Positions 1 through 12,169 of a stretch of DNA of 64,000 nt are shown here, in pieces. Source of the stretch: Lingula anatina (taxonomy: Eukaryota > Animalia > Brachiopoda); contig CM120643.1 of assembly GCA_051362555.1 (NCBI GenBank), forward strand, positions 16,992,848 to 17,056,847, read 5' to 3'. A program made the position numbers and the translations under genes. The notes below the pieces were generated by a model. That model saw only the letters and a list, made by a program, of their open reading frames with translations. It had not been told where the DNA came from and did no database searches. The first letter of the stretch is position 1; each line of letters starts with the position of its first letter.

Positions 1-3000
1 AGGTCACTCAAAAGTTCCCTGCACCAGAACAATAGAGCAGAAAGAAAACCGAGCCAGAAAGCACTTGCTGACTTTGCGGTCAGGTGACAACATTAGTGTA
101 GATTGTACCTGAAATATCAAAGTGTCAAGTTGCCCACAAGTTCAGTTTCCTAAATAAAGTATCAAAGGAAGTGTCATATCCAACACAGGATTTCACAGCG
201 GGGGAATCAAGTTTATGGTGTCCATCAAAGCAAACTTGTATTTGTCTTTCCATCGCTGCAACAACTAAGTGTCACAGGTTCCCCATTCCCGTGGAAGGAA
301 AGACAAAACAGTCATGGCAATACACATGCCTTTTCGCTAGAACCTACACATTTCCATTGTCGTGCACTACTGCAATTTTACGTTAACATGGGCAAGGCAT
401 GCCAACGGGAATACAACATGCATAAAGGACACCCGAGACCTTGACTTATATCAAATCTGCTTCATTAACCGCACCAATGGTTCCATTGGTCATACCTCTC
501 TCGGACCACTGACCAGTTGCTCTTGGATGGCCACTGGTTTCTTAAGGGTCATCCCACTTCGATGACCTCAGTAAAGAAGCTGAATTCCATCAGGGGGGGC
601 AGTAGTATATTCAACTTCTATCCAATACGCCACACTGATCAGCTATGCCCAACAGTTATGTTTCTAAGGTTTAAACTCTGCTGATCTGGATAAAATGGTC
701 TTTAAAGCCCCGTATTTATCAGCTTTTGTGACTCTTTGCCTGTTGGGCATATAAGGCACTTTAAGGGGGGTATATATGCGGTATATTCTCTCTGTATTAA
801 TTCGATGAAAAGAAGATGTAATTATCGTGAAATTCTCCACAGTCAAAGTCATAATAGTGTAACAGGCACCACAGTGCCCTAGAGAGTACCACCTGATACT
901 TCTTCTAATTTGTCAAAGAAACGTAATAAGCCAGAAATATTTAGAATTTCTATTGAGACCAATGGAAGGCATCTAGCATGGGCATAAGTGCCAATATGGT
1001 CTTTAACTGCTTTTAAATCACTGTTTAATATCTTTTCCTAATTAACTTATTGATTTCATAATGACAGATTAGATTTTAAATTTTGGACATTACTTACTTG
1101 CTGTTCATTCAGTTCTCACCATTCTGCTCAATACCATGACCAGATAATCTGCAACATTTCCAAAGACAATGACTAATATTCCGCAATGAAATATTCATTC
1201 AAACATGATGACTAGACAAGGGAAAAACTTCTTTCCCTTTCAAGTCTGTCACCAAAAAATGTTAAGAACTTGATGAATAACAAAAGAGACCCCAAGAGTC
1301 AGTTACAATCACACACACAAAAGCTACCTGCCTCAGGTATTAAACTGGGGAGATTGACATTTACGAGGTTCTGGGTTTATCCCACATTTGCCGACCTCTC
1401 AAAATTGGCAATTATGAGAGAGGGGTCAAGGACAAAGTCAACAAGCTGCAAACTTCTTGCTTGTTTTTCTCAAAAGATGAAGCCATGTCCGGGCAATTAA
1501 AACTCCCTTATCCAGACAGATGTTATATCAATAAATTTGCTATTAAATCTCAGGAGCTATTAGCCAAAGGTATAAAAGGATTCAAGAAATAGCGTCCAGA
1601 TTAAATTGTCCACATATAACCATGTCATGACTTTTAAACTGAAACTTTGCAGTGCCTAAAAATGTCAAATGTCACAGAGTTACTCAAATTTGCAATGTCA
1701 TTTTCACTACTCAGTCTTATGAGTGTTGAAAATTTCTGAAGTGCACCAAGTATGTTGCAAACCTAACTTTCAAGGTTTATAATTAAACAAATATCACTAT
1801 ATGTGTAAATTCTAGGCATCCATTTGAACAGCCCAGAGGGTTTTCTCAGGATTCAAGAGAGCCAAATGTTGCTATGGAAAGGGTTCACTGAAAATCAAAA
1901 TTTTAGCTCGGAACTTTGTCATTTCCCCAAGTTAGTAAAGTAAGGGGAATTAAGGTTGACTTTTTTCTTAACAAAAAGGTCCCTCTCCCCTTGGATTGCA
2001 GGCCTGCTGCCCAAGGGTTGACAAGTTACTATCAAATTGCATAAAAACTCACCTAAAAGGGATCTCAAAAATGTGCTAAAAATATTGAAATCCAGCAAGC
2101 CAGACCATCAATAAATTATTATTGCACTGGCTTGACTTATACCTATCTCCAGCATTGAGACCATTAAATCTTTTCTTATGAATTTACACCACAATAAGGA
2201 CCTGGCAAACATGAATGAAAGCTACTCAGTCTCTCCAATCATCTCAATGAATGCTCCTTAATTCCAATGCACATGAAGCTTTCACTACATGAAAGAAAAC
2301 ACCCTAAACAGTCCGTACTTGGATGGAACACCTACCTGCTCCTTCTCTCATATTCTGTCTCCACTAACTCAAAAGATGACCTTCCTTGTTGTAGCAGTAA
2401 TCCAGCATTTCCAACCGTCTGCTGTGTACACTGTGACCCCTACACTGTGACTGAAGGCAGTTCAATGAAAAGTGTAAATATATTATCTCGCCTAAAAGCC
2501 AAGAAATTTGTTTGCTGCCAAAAAAGTCTTTTTTTAATCAGCCTGCAGACAATCAGTAAACAGCAAACGATTGCTAATGAGAGATGTTTTTTCTCCCCCC
2601 AAAATGATGTTTTCAATCCATCACCTCAATCTCTGCCGAGTTGTAATTGTTCAAAATGCCTGAACACCAATCCCTTTCAATGCTAGGGGTCACCACTGAT
2701 CCCAAGGGTCGTGCCACCACTTTGTTCCCGCACAGAAAGGTAACAGTCCACGAGTATTTATCCTACCCCTTCATTTTTTTTCACAGCACACAACGACTTA
2801 AAACGCCTGCATATTTTTCTATTTGTCCCAAGCAAATACGGAGAATGGCTTCACATCTTGCTAAAAAGGGAGTCGGGTTGCTGAGGTATTACACACAGTC
2901 TTGTAAGATAACAACTTTGCTGATTTAATAGGCAGCGTAACTCCTAAAGCAAAATAACCCCAAAGTCACAGTTGGTAAATACAATTTATTTCAACTTGGT

Positions 3001-6000
3001 CCTGATGTGGTAAACTTTGCTCTGGCCAAACAATAGCCTAGTAAAGAAAAACAGCGTCTTTCTGCTGTCGTATCTCCGAACCAAGTCAGTTGGAAATTCT
3101 AACATCCTCGGTAAGCGATAAACAGGAAACTTAACAATAAATGGAGAGGAGATCCGAACTGAGAAAATATAGGCTGCATTAGATCCCTCTCTTGTTACAA
3201 GAGGGATGGGGAATTAATTTCAATTAACATGGATAATATCACAGATAGTGGCAGTGGGCAAATACACTTCCTCTAGGGGATGTTTACCTAATAAAACTAT
3301 GTCAACAACCATCCAAGTTTTTAGGACCAGTTTGCATGCAGAGTTCGAGGATGATTTTCAATTAAGGTTTAAACCAAGACACTACCTTTTTTTTTTCAGA
3401 CAAAAAAGTTTAACTGATGCTTTTTCTTTCAGCCATTCTGGATCATTAAAATGCCTAAAAATGCATCAACTTTATTAAATTTTCTAGCAAAACTGTAAAT
3501 CCTACATTTAAGGAGTAAGTCACTTCATTGTCAACTTTGCTTACATCAAACCTTGCCTTTTGTTATACAGAAAAACATAAATGTGCCACACAAGTTGTCA
3601 ACTATACACATAAAAACAAATGAACCATCTAGACCTACTGCTCACACAGGTACTCTGACCTCCTTGTCACCCTGTATCAACATATCATTACAAAGTCCTT
3701 ACAATACAATATAGATGACAATAACAACACCAAGGGGGTTATAACGATACAATACAAGTGGCTCACATCCATTCTGCAGTCAAGTGATATACAGGAGCCT
3801 GTATTAACTGGGTCATTTAAAGACTCATTTACTTCTCATTATAGGTTTTCCAAACATGTAATTTTCTTTACCTGAAAGGTATCACTTTTAACAGTAAGAT
3901 GTAATAAGAGATGGATATGCAGGTACTTTTAAAAGTTTGGATTAGAAAATGATGGTCATGATATACTTATAATAATGCAGATGATTTGCCTCTTATTCAA
4001 GCAAACACAGTACAGTACAATATAATATAATAAAGACATGTACAATGAACAAATGACATGGATTTTTCGTTTAATTTCCAAACAAGATCACTTCGATTTG
4101 ACAACCTTCCCACTGCATAAATATTTTTGTGGCAATGATAAAAGTGTACTGGATTAGCACCAACTTCAAAACTACCTTTTGAAATCTGTTTTGATGTGGT
4201 AAGCCAATTTTCACAGTTGAATTTTTGAGGTGTGACTTGAACACTTTTACGATAGCCAATCCCTTTTTTTCTTCAGGCTATACCCTGTCAAACACAACAA
4301 ATGAGTGGTTCTCCAGGTTGGTTGCTTATTAGGCAAACTATTTCAGACAGGGAATTTTTTTTTTTTAAAGCCGAGTTTGTCTTGAGAAAAACCTCGAAAT
4401 TTTCACTTGGCTCAAAAGTGAAATGGCCCTTGCTGTTATAAGTGACTTAAACCTCCAGAAGACAGTCTCCAAACCTGTGTGGTATATTAACTGAATAAAT
4501 ACCCCCTGCACGTGTAATTCTAATACATATTCAGCCTTAATTTATATGACATTGTACTCAACAAATAGCAAATCTCATGCAGCGGTTTAAAATGTTCATC
4601 CAAACGTGCTCTTCATCAAAGGTATAATAATAGATCATTCCCATTGTATCCCACAGTTCCTTTCATCTATCCCATAACAACAAACCACCAGAGCAAAAAT
4701 GATATCATTCTACCCATTCCCTTATCTTAATGTGGGCTACGCCTTTCAAAATCAATCGAGCTTCGAGATCAATGACTTTGACAGCCCTGAGAGTAATATT
4801 TGTGTTTGGTTTCAAAACATTTCTCAGGAAGCCCATCTCACAGGGAGCTGAGCGGTTGGAGAGAGAAAGAGTGAGTGACAGCGCAAAAATAAAATCACAG
4901 GTGTGGAAGTTGAAGGACCCTAAAGAACGCCCCACTACAAGATATCGCCACCCATGTACTCTGAAATGAGGTTTCTATAGCAGACCCACGTGCGTACACA
5001 GAAGCTGTTAATAGAAAGCAATTAGTTTTAAAATAGCAGTATCAGATGGTTACTGAATATATACTAGTACAGTTTCAAGTGCACTTGTAGTTTATGCAAA
5101 TAGAAAAATGTATGAAAAAAAAAACATTTTATCGTTGCTATATAAAGCACTGACTTCATAGTGCAGCTGCAGCTCATGCATAATTAGAATAATGGGATGC
5201 TATAAATATATAGCATACCTTCTTTTTCATGGTACATAAACCACTTCCTCTATCTGACCGAATTATACTCCTAGGTGAACTTTTCTTAAAGCACTTGTTC
5301 ATCACAAAACATAAATAATACATAAGAAAACATTAATTCAAATGCCAAAGAACCTCCTCACGCCAGATAATGTAAATTCTTTGATCCTTAAATCTGTGTA
5401 TTGCTAACAATTACAAATGTATGTGTAACCAAATTACTGAACATCTAACGCAATGGGTTTCTCTGCTCTCACAGTTCTAACAAGACCACCAACAGGGAAA
5501 ACAAATATACTCAACTACTAACACAGATGCCTGCCAGCATAAAAAATGACATCGAATGAAAAAATGCATGTTATAACATGATATCACATTCCTTTTTTCA
5601 TTTTAAGTAAACTACCTTATGTTACATCTATATTGCTAGTCACTTGGAAGTCTCACAGTTACAGCAAATGTTTTAGTTCCTTCTCCAAGTATCAATTATG
5701 TGGTACTCTCAGTCTAACAATACATTTCCTTTAGCCCAAGAGCTACACAACTTCAGCCTATGTAATAATCAACTTCTTGAATCACTTGTTTTTACAACAC
5801 TTTTATACCACAGTCTACTTTAACTGCTAAGGACAATAATTTCAAGTACTCAATATAATAAAACTTACCATAAAGCATCCTTTCTTGCCACAAATACTCC
5901 GTGAGACGTTCAAGAAAATCAGACATATATTTCACAAATCACATGTGCTTGTAAAAACTACTACTCAGGAAGAAGGTTTGGTGCATAGTACTCTATTAAA

Positions 6001-7029
6001 TCACTCTTCTAAAACATCTGAGTGACTCAACATTTCCTGGCTTTAAGGATTTCAGCTCTTACTCACTTCAGTGAACCGTCATCCTACAATAAAATCTCCG
6101 AGTAACTGAAGCTCAAGCTATATATCTGTGTAAATTAAGGCCCTAAAATTTTGTCATCAGAATTAAATTTCTGTTCAGCTGCAATAAAGTCAATTGTTAC
6201 CTGTTTGTCAATGTTGTACTGCTAACAAAAGGAGATGAGAACCTCCCAATAGGGCATAAAACATGCAGTTTGAAGCAACTGAGTTCATCTATTAATTGTC
6301 TGTTGCACAAGCATTCGATATTTTGTCAACAGAAGGGCCCAGATGATACCTCTATTAAAATGTCAACAGTTGTAATTGCAAACCCCTGTAAATGTCATAA
6401 AACATGCTGCCTATTGTGGTAGCAATTTATGAAACTGTCTTGTGAATAGTTTTGCTAGTATGTTGATTTGGATGACATTGCACCTTTATAGTCTCAAAAT
6501 TTTATTGTTTGACGTACCGGAATTATCTGCATATATGTAATAATTAAACAAACAATGGCTTTCTTAACATTAAGTTTCTTAATCACTATAAAAACATTAC
6601 CTTTACAAAATTAGTAATTGATCACATCTATGCATGTCTATCTTCCTAGATAAAACCATAAGGAACATGAAACCCCTAATTTACATGAAAAATTAGGAAA
6701 AAAAGTATAAATTATATTTTGAATTTACAGTAAGTTTGCATATAAGTTTGTATGAACTACCTCAATCATATGAATATTTATGAGTTTGCAAGAAGCTCAT
6801 TTATTTAACAACCAACCTTAATATATATATTTTTTAATACAGCAAGAAAAAGGTATGTTTTGCATCACTTTTTTTATTGCCTCAACACTGGTTCCTAAAA
6901 AAAATACTAGCACCAGCCTTCAGTAGGTTATAATTAGACAGGTAGGCTATCTTTAGACTGATGCTTGATGCACTCTCTGCTAAATATCACAGACAGTGGG
7001 CTTCACTTGAAGATGTCAACCACACCTTA

Positions 7030-7090
7030 TTATATCATAAGTCTGTTATTGCACTAACAGACTTATGATATAAGTCTGTTATTGCACTAA
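7030..7090. repeat. Perfect 19-bp-stem hairpin overlapped by a 21-bp direct duplication
   Basis: Stem 7030-7048 / 7055-7073 with loop TTGCAC. ATAAGTCTGTTATTGCACTAA occurs at 7037-7057 and 7070-7090. Confidence 0.9.
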
Positions 7091-9941
7091 GAAACCAAGA
7101 AGATCATCAACATCTGAAAATCCATACGCATGTACATGTGAACAAGAAATTATTGAAATGAATCAATCTACAAATCAGTCCTCCCCCCCTTTTTTGGGGG
7201 ATACGCTGTTCTGCCAAAACCTATTTCTCACATCTGAGTTCACCTTGATAAGGTATATCTACACAGTCATCTGTGAGCTGTACACTTGCCCTGTCTGTAC
7301 AGCTATACAGAGTCAACTACGAGCTGTACATTTGTTCCGTCTCTAGAGCTTTGCAACCACTTACAAGTGCTGTATATAAATATGCCCTCTGAACTCACAC
7401 CCTTCCACTGAGGCTGACAAAAGCAATCCCAAAGTCTCATCACCAAATTTTTGCATTATAAACACCCCTCTCCAGAAACTTTCCATTTTCACTTACACCT
7501 GAAGAGATCTAGATCTAGCCCTTCAGAAAAATCAGATTAAATCCCATGTCCATCAAAATTAACAAAATTATCTAAAACAAGCTCTAAATTAGCGTTTACC
7601 TGATTTTCTTTCACATCATGATATTTTGATTTTCAGTGTATAGGTCTATGGCTTATTGCTGCTACACCACATCTCTCCACTTCCATACATAATGAGTCAT
7701 ATATAAATATATATATAGAACAGTTACCTGACCAAAGTGCCCCTATTCTCAATGACAAATTCATGAAAAATTAACACCGTTGCAACTTATTAATAGGTCA
7801 ATACTGTAAAAACATGGTTAACCTGCAGTATCACATTGCTTCCTTATACCATCATAAACATTTACATCAATCAAATGAAAGGGCATTAAAAAACATAATT
7901 GGTTTAATCTAACATGTCACTGGGTTAGATAATGTATTCAACAAGAGAAGACAACTTTCCTCTGAGTCCAAGTATTTATTTGGCACAATTTGACTGTTTT
8001 TTCTTCTTTTTACCAAAAAAAAAAAAATAATAAAATAAAATAAATAAATAAATAAAAATAAATTACTAATTTTTAATACAAAATTGTCATCAATCTTTCA
8101 AAAAGCTAAAAAGTTTTTCAAAAGAGGCTTTGATAGCAAAGTCCCCTTATGCCAGGTTCAACAAGAAACTGGTGGATGTCAGACTACTTCAGAGAAATTC
8201 CGTACTTCAGCCACAATGCAGCCCTTTCCAAGCCACCTGCTGTCCCTGTTAACACACATTACATAATACACATTTCCACCTGTGACTAAATATTTATACT
8301 TAAAGGTGAAACTGAAAATCTAAAGAGTTAATCCCTCTGTAACTACCCAAGGCACACTTATGAACCCCTTTCCCCAAATTAGCTGTTGAAATAATGCCAA
8401 TTATCCTACAGGAATACTGATAGGCAATCACTTGTGTTTGAATATCTGAAATGACCGACAATATTTTTCAAAGTTTTTCTCAATCAATTTTCTCTGATGT
8501 GTAATATACAAACCCAACCTTATGTTCAACAACCCATGGGCAATTTAATCCAAAAACAAACACAATGCAAGCAATATTCATCCAAGCTCTAATATCTATA
8601 TAATTATTACATGATCAGAAACTAATACAACATCTATTGTTTGTGTAATTGAAATTATATGTAGTAGCTGTTAATTTAATCTTCTAGGATAATTTCCTTC
8701 CAAAATTATTAAACAAAAGTAATTATTTCTGACCTGAAACATACCATTCATTTAACTTAATTCCTGCCTCCAGAACCACTCAGCAATCTGGTCCACTTTC
8801 CCTCTTAACCTGCAATTAAGGATACTACAACACCTGGTCACTTAAATACCCCCACCTCACCTTACCCCTCCCCCACCAACTGACCTCACAGGGTCATTTC
8901 AACTGATGGTGAATTAGGCAACAATAGCACATTATGGCCACCTCCCCCCCCCCCATTTCCCTAAAACCCTTTGAATATTGATGAATAGCGTATTAAGAAG
9001 ATGATTATTGTTACATTACTTGCTGATAATTTCATTTGTGTAATGATATGAGAGTGCAAATGGTCTCATTATCCCCCTTTGCTTTCATTGACATTGCACA
9101 TGTTATGTGCCATTGTGAACGACCAGACCTTGGATTACTTTGGTAGATATAGTGTACTAATCAGACGTCTGTCTCTTAGACCTTATGACCTCTTTTCTCT
9201 CCCTCCCCACACATGCACTCACTGACTTTATAACAGACACCTTTTCTTACTTTCATTCCCCTCACAGGTTAAAAAGGACTCATTTTGTTATTGTTGTTTC
9301 TGCTTACAACACATCATTAACAACTATATACTTCCTGAATGCTACACTTGTGTTTTCACGAATATTACTTAATATTTTGGTAAAAATAAGTGGCATTAGT
9401 GCAAACCTTCTGCTATAATCTCCTTGAAGAGAGTTGTTTTACACTTTTATGACAAGGATATTCTATTTACAATGAGTAAGTCCTTGACACTGTAACAACA
9501 TATTTTGAAGATTTTAAAAATGTCATTCCACGTAATATGTTGTGCAAATAAATTCTCTGCCTCACTTGTTGTAAACCTACCACCCTGAAGTGCACCCTCA
9601 CAGAACAATACCCCAGCTAGTGACAATTACACTATAACCTTCTATGACCTCAAACATTGTTACAGTATCTATGGAGGATTTCATCACAATAATGTCACAT
9701 AATGACTTTTCCAAACGAATCAGTCCCCTGCATCTAAGACCCATTAACCTTGTATTAAGGACATCAATTCTCTTCCCCCAAGGGTGTTAAAGACAGCGCC
9801 TTAATAATGCTCCATTTGGTAACAATATACCACCTGTTGCGTAAACTTCATTATATTTTTGCTCTTTAATCTTTAAATTTTGGGTGGGCAACTATATCTA
9901 GGTCATTCAGGCCAACAGTTAGTCCCTAAAGGTTAAAAGGC

Positions 9942-9967
9942 GGGGGGGGGGGGGGGGGGGGGGGGGG
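9942..9967 (+). repeat. Poly-G run (26 nt)
   Basis: Read directly from the sequence. Confidence 0.95.
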
Positions 9968-10322
9968 TCTGCACTTTATCATATACTTTTAAAACAGTTA
10001 TCAATACATCAAACTGGTAAGCAATCACATATAAGTTATTATACAGGTAACAAAATGCATGCGTCTCATGATGGAATTTGGCTTCAGTTCATCTTATTAA
10101 GGAAGCACAGAGACTTCCCACCTCGACACCCCTACCCCTCAATTTTTTTGCAATACATTTTTACATCTGGCAAAGATAAACACCAGAACATAACTGTCAC
10201 AATGTGAAATCATATTCTGTTCCTAACTGAGGCATACTTATGAAACCCTTTCCCTGTTTACCATGGTAGCAAAATTTATTTGTATTGAATCTCACTCTGA
10301 GTTTAAGAGAATACTGATAACA

Positions 10323-10331
10323 CCCCCCCCC

Positions 10332-10368
<37 letters not shown>
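10323..10368 (+). repeat. C10-A36 compound homopolymer
   Basis: Read directly from the sequence. Confidence 0.95.
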
Positions 10369-10370
<2 letters not shown>

Positions 10371-11602
10371 AGCAAAGTTTTGTCATAACCAGTAACTATA
10401 ACAGTTCAACAGCAATCTAAGAAACTAAAAAAATCTGGTGCTTACTTTACCTAACAAATGCTGTACAAGCCTTTACATGTGTTCCAATGAGATGACCTGA
10501 TGCATGACTTTAATGACAGACCGCCATACCTAGCTAGCATGCAGACAAACTTCCTACCAGCAGTAAATTAGTTTTTATAGCTACATACAATGTCAGTTCA
10601 TATATACCTATGTGTTGAAAGTATGAAGCCACTGGCATCTTCACTGCTATACCTATCTCCACTGAAGGTTAACTTAAATTTGGCAGACCTTTCTGTGCTG
10701 CAGGATCAGTTCTGGCAGAGGATCAGAGACGTCTTCAGGTTCTTTGAAGCCAAAACAGTCTCTTTCCGCATAGTAAATGGAGCATCTTGTTCCCCAGAAA
10801 TGAGCCAATGTTAATTTATACATGAATAAAAATTGAACTTGGTTTCATTCACTAGACCTTAAAATAACATAATTAAACTGAGTTTCAGACTATAACTTAT
10901 AGTAAGTTAGAAGATGACATCATAGTTGAAGACAATCCTTTTACATCTGAAATCCTTTAAAACTGGATTAAAATTCTTTATAATGAACAACATACTATAC
11001 TAAAGAAATCAAGGCGACATGATTCAACATGATTTTGACTTGGACACCTACATAATTTGACCAAACTATATATGACAATATATCTTGATAGCATATATAA
11101 AGTTTCAGCAAGACCACAAAATCACAACTATGATTCAAATCTCTTCTGTACAGGTAAGTACTTCGTAAATTCTATGGGATATTTCATTAATCATAAACAA
11201 TTTGATTGCCCAAAGAGCTTATCCAACAAAACATAGTTAGTATCATACCTTGCTTCTAAGGAATCTTTTTTCCTTTAAAGAAATTCTGGTGCCATCACAG
11301 ATTTCTTCTACCAGCCAGCAGAAAGAACTACACCACCCCAGCTTCAAGTGTGAAATAACCTTTGTGAATTATTACAACCTTTGCTCTCTTTGCCATAATA
11401 TTGTCAAACATAAAACATTCTCTGCACATTTTTTTGGGGAAATAATTTTTTTACAACCACCACCTTTCAGTGGGCCTTCAGGTACAAAGCGATATTAACC
11501 TTCTTCTAAGGAGACTGGGGCCTCTACTAAAATTGACAACTTTGTAAAATTTGTTGCCGTTATGTTGGTGAAAATCAGGAACTCCCTCCATGAACAATGT
11601 AA

Positions 11603-11951
11603 GAACGCATTCAGAACAGCAGACTAACATATACTGGGATCAAATATGGTCAGGGGCGGATTTAGGCCGTCTTCTGGAAGATGGTCAGATTTTAAAGTTA
11701 ACATTGACGGGTATCTAATTTGTTCTGTAGGAAGACTGTCAAAAAATGGAGGATGGATCAACAAAGATAATTTGGAAGACATACAGAAAATATCTCTGGA
11801 TCTGCCCCTGATGGTGACCCACTAAAAAGCTTGCCGATTAATGCCAATTATACACTGAATACATTCTCTGCAGGGATTATCCAACAAGCATTCAAGTGGG
11901 TAGGCCATATGTGATCTGCGAATCTGTTACTCTGCTGTTCTAAATGCACTC
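11603..11951. mobile_element. Harbinger/PIF-type palindromic MITE, family B (interrupted by a 160-bp insertion)
   Basis: TAA TSD (11600-11602, 11952-11954). Ends GAACGCATTCAGAACAGC...GCTGTTCTAAATGCACTC. Homologous to copies at 17.7, 33.4, 35.5 and 56.6 kb. Confidence 0.8.
11651..11810. mobile_element. 160-bp MITE with 5-bp TSD (possibly hAT5-like) nested in family B
   Basis: TIRs CAGGGGCGGAT...ATCTGCCCCTG and TSD ATGGT (11646-11650, 11811-11815). Removing it restores the family-B sequence. Superfamily is tentative. Confidence 0.75.
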
Positions 11952-11954
11952 TAA

Positions 11955-12169
11955 GGCTCTGTTCTCACAACTTTTAGATCGATCTATCACCGCGGGGAGT
12001 CTCACTAGATTACTGTCAGATAATCCCCCTTAAGTGTCCGTCCCCGCCTACTACAAGCTTTAAGGGGTAATTAACTTTCGTGTCCGCCCGGCTGACAGCT
12101 ATTTAGCGTGAACCCCCAGGGAGTTAGGTCGATCCAATGTAGGTCGATCTAATCTATGAGAATGGGGTG
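11955..12169 (+). mobile_element. Harbinger/PIF-type MITE, family A copy 1
   Basis: TAA TSD shared with the adjacent B copy, repeated at 12170-12172. Conserved core GATCGATCTATC..CG.GGGGAGTCTCACTAGATTACTGTCAG...GTGAACCCCCAGGGAGTTAGGTCGATC. Confidence 0.85.

Noticed and set aside
2332-2452. Possible minus-strand exon ending at CAG|gtaggt
   Set aside because: All three frames from the better acceptor hit stops, and the alternative acceptor is weak.
10660-10815. Coding-looking segment on either strand
   Set aside because: Short open frames exist, but I found no convincing acceptor/donor pair.
11955-12169. Family A as a SINE or ribozyme-bearing retrozyme
   Set aside because: No tRNA A/B boxes, poly(A) tail or hammerhead CTGANGA/GAAA core were seen. 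TIRs and TAA TSDs indicate a DNA-transposon MITE.
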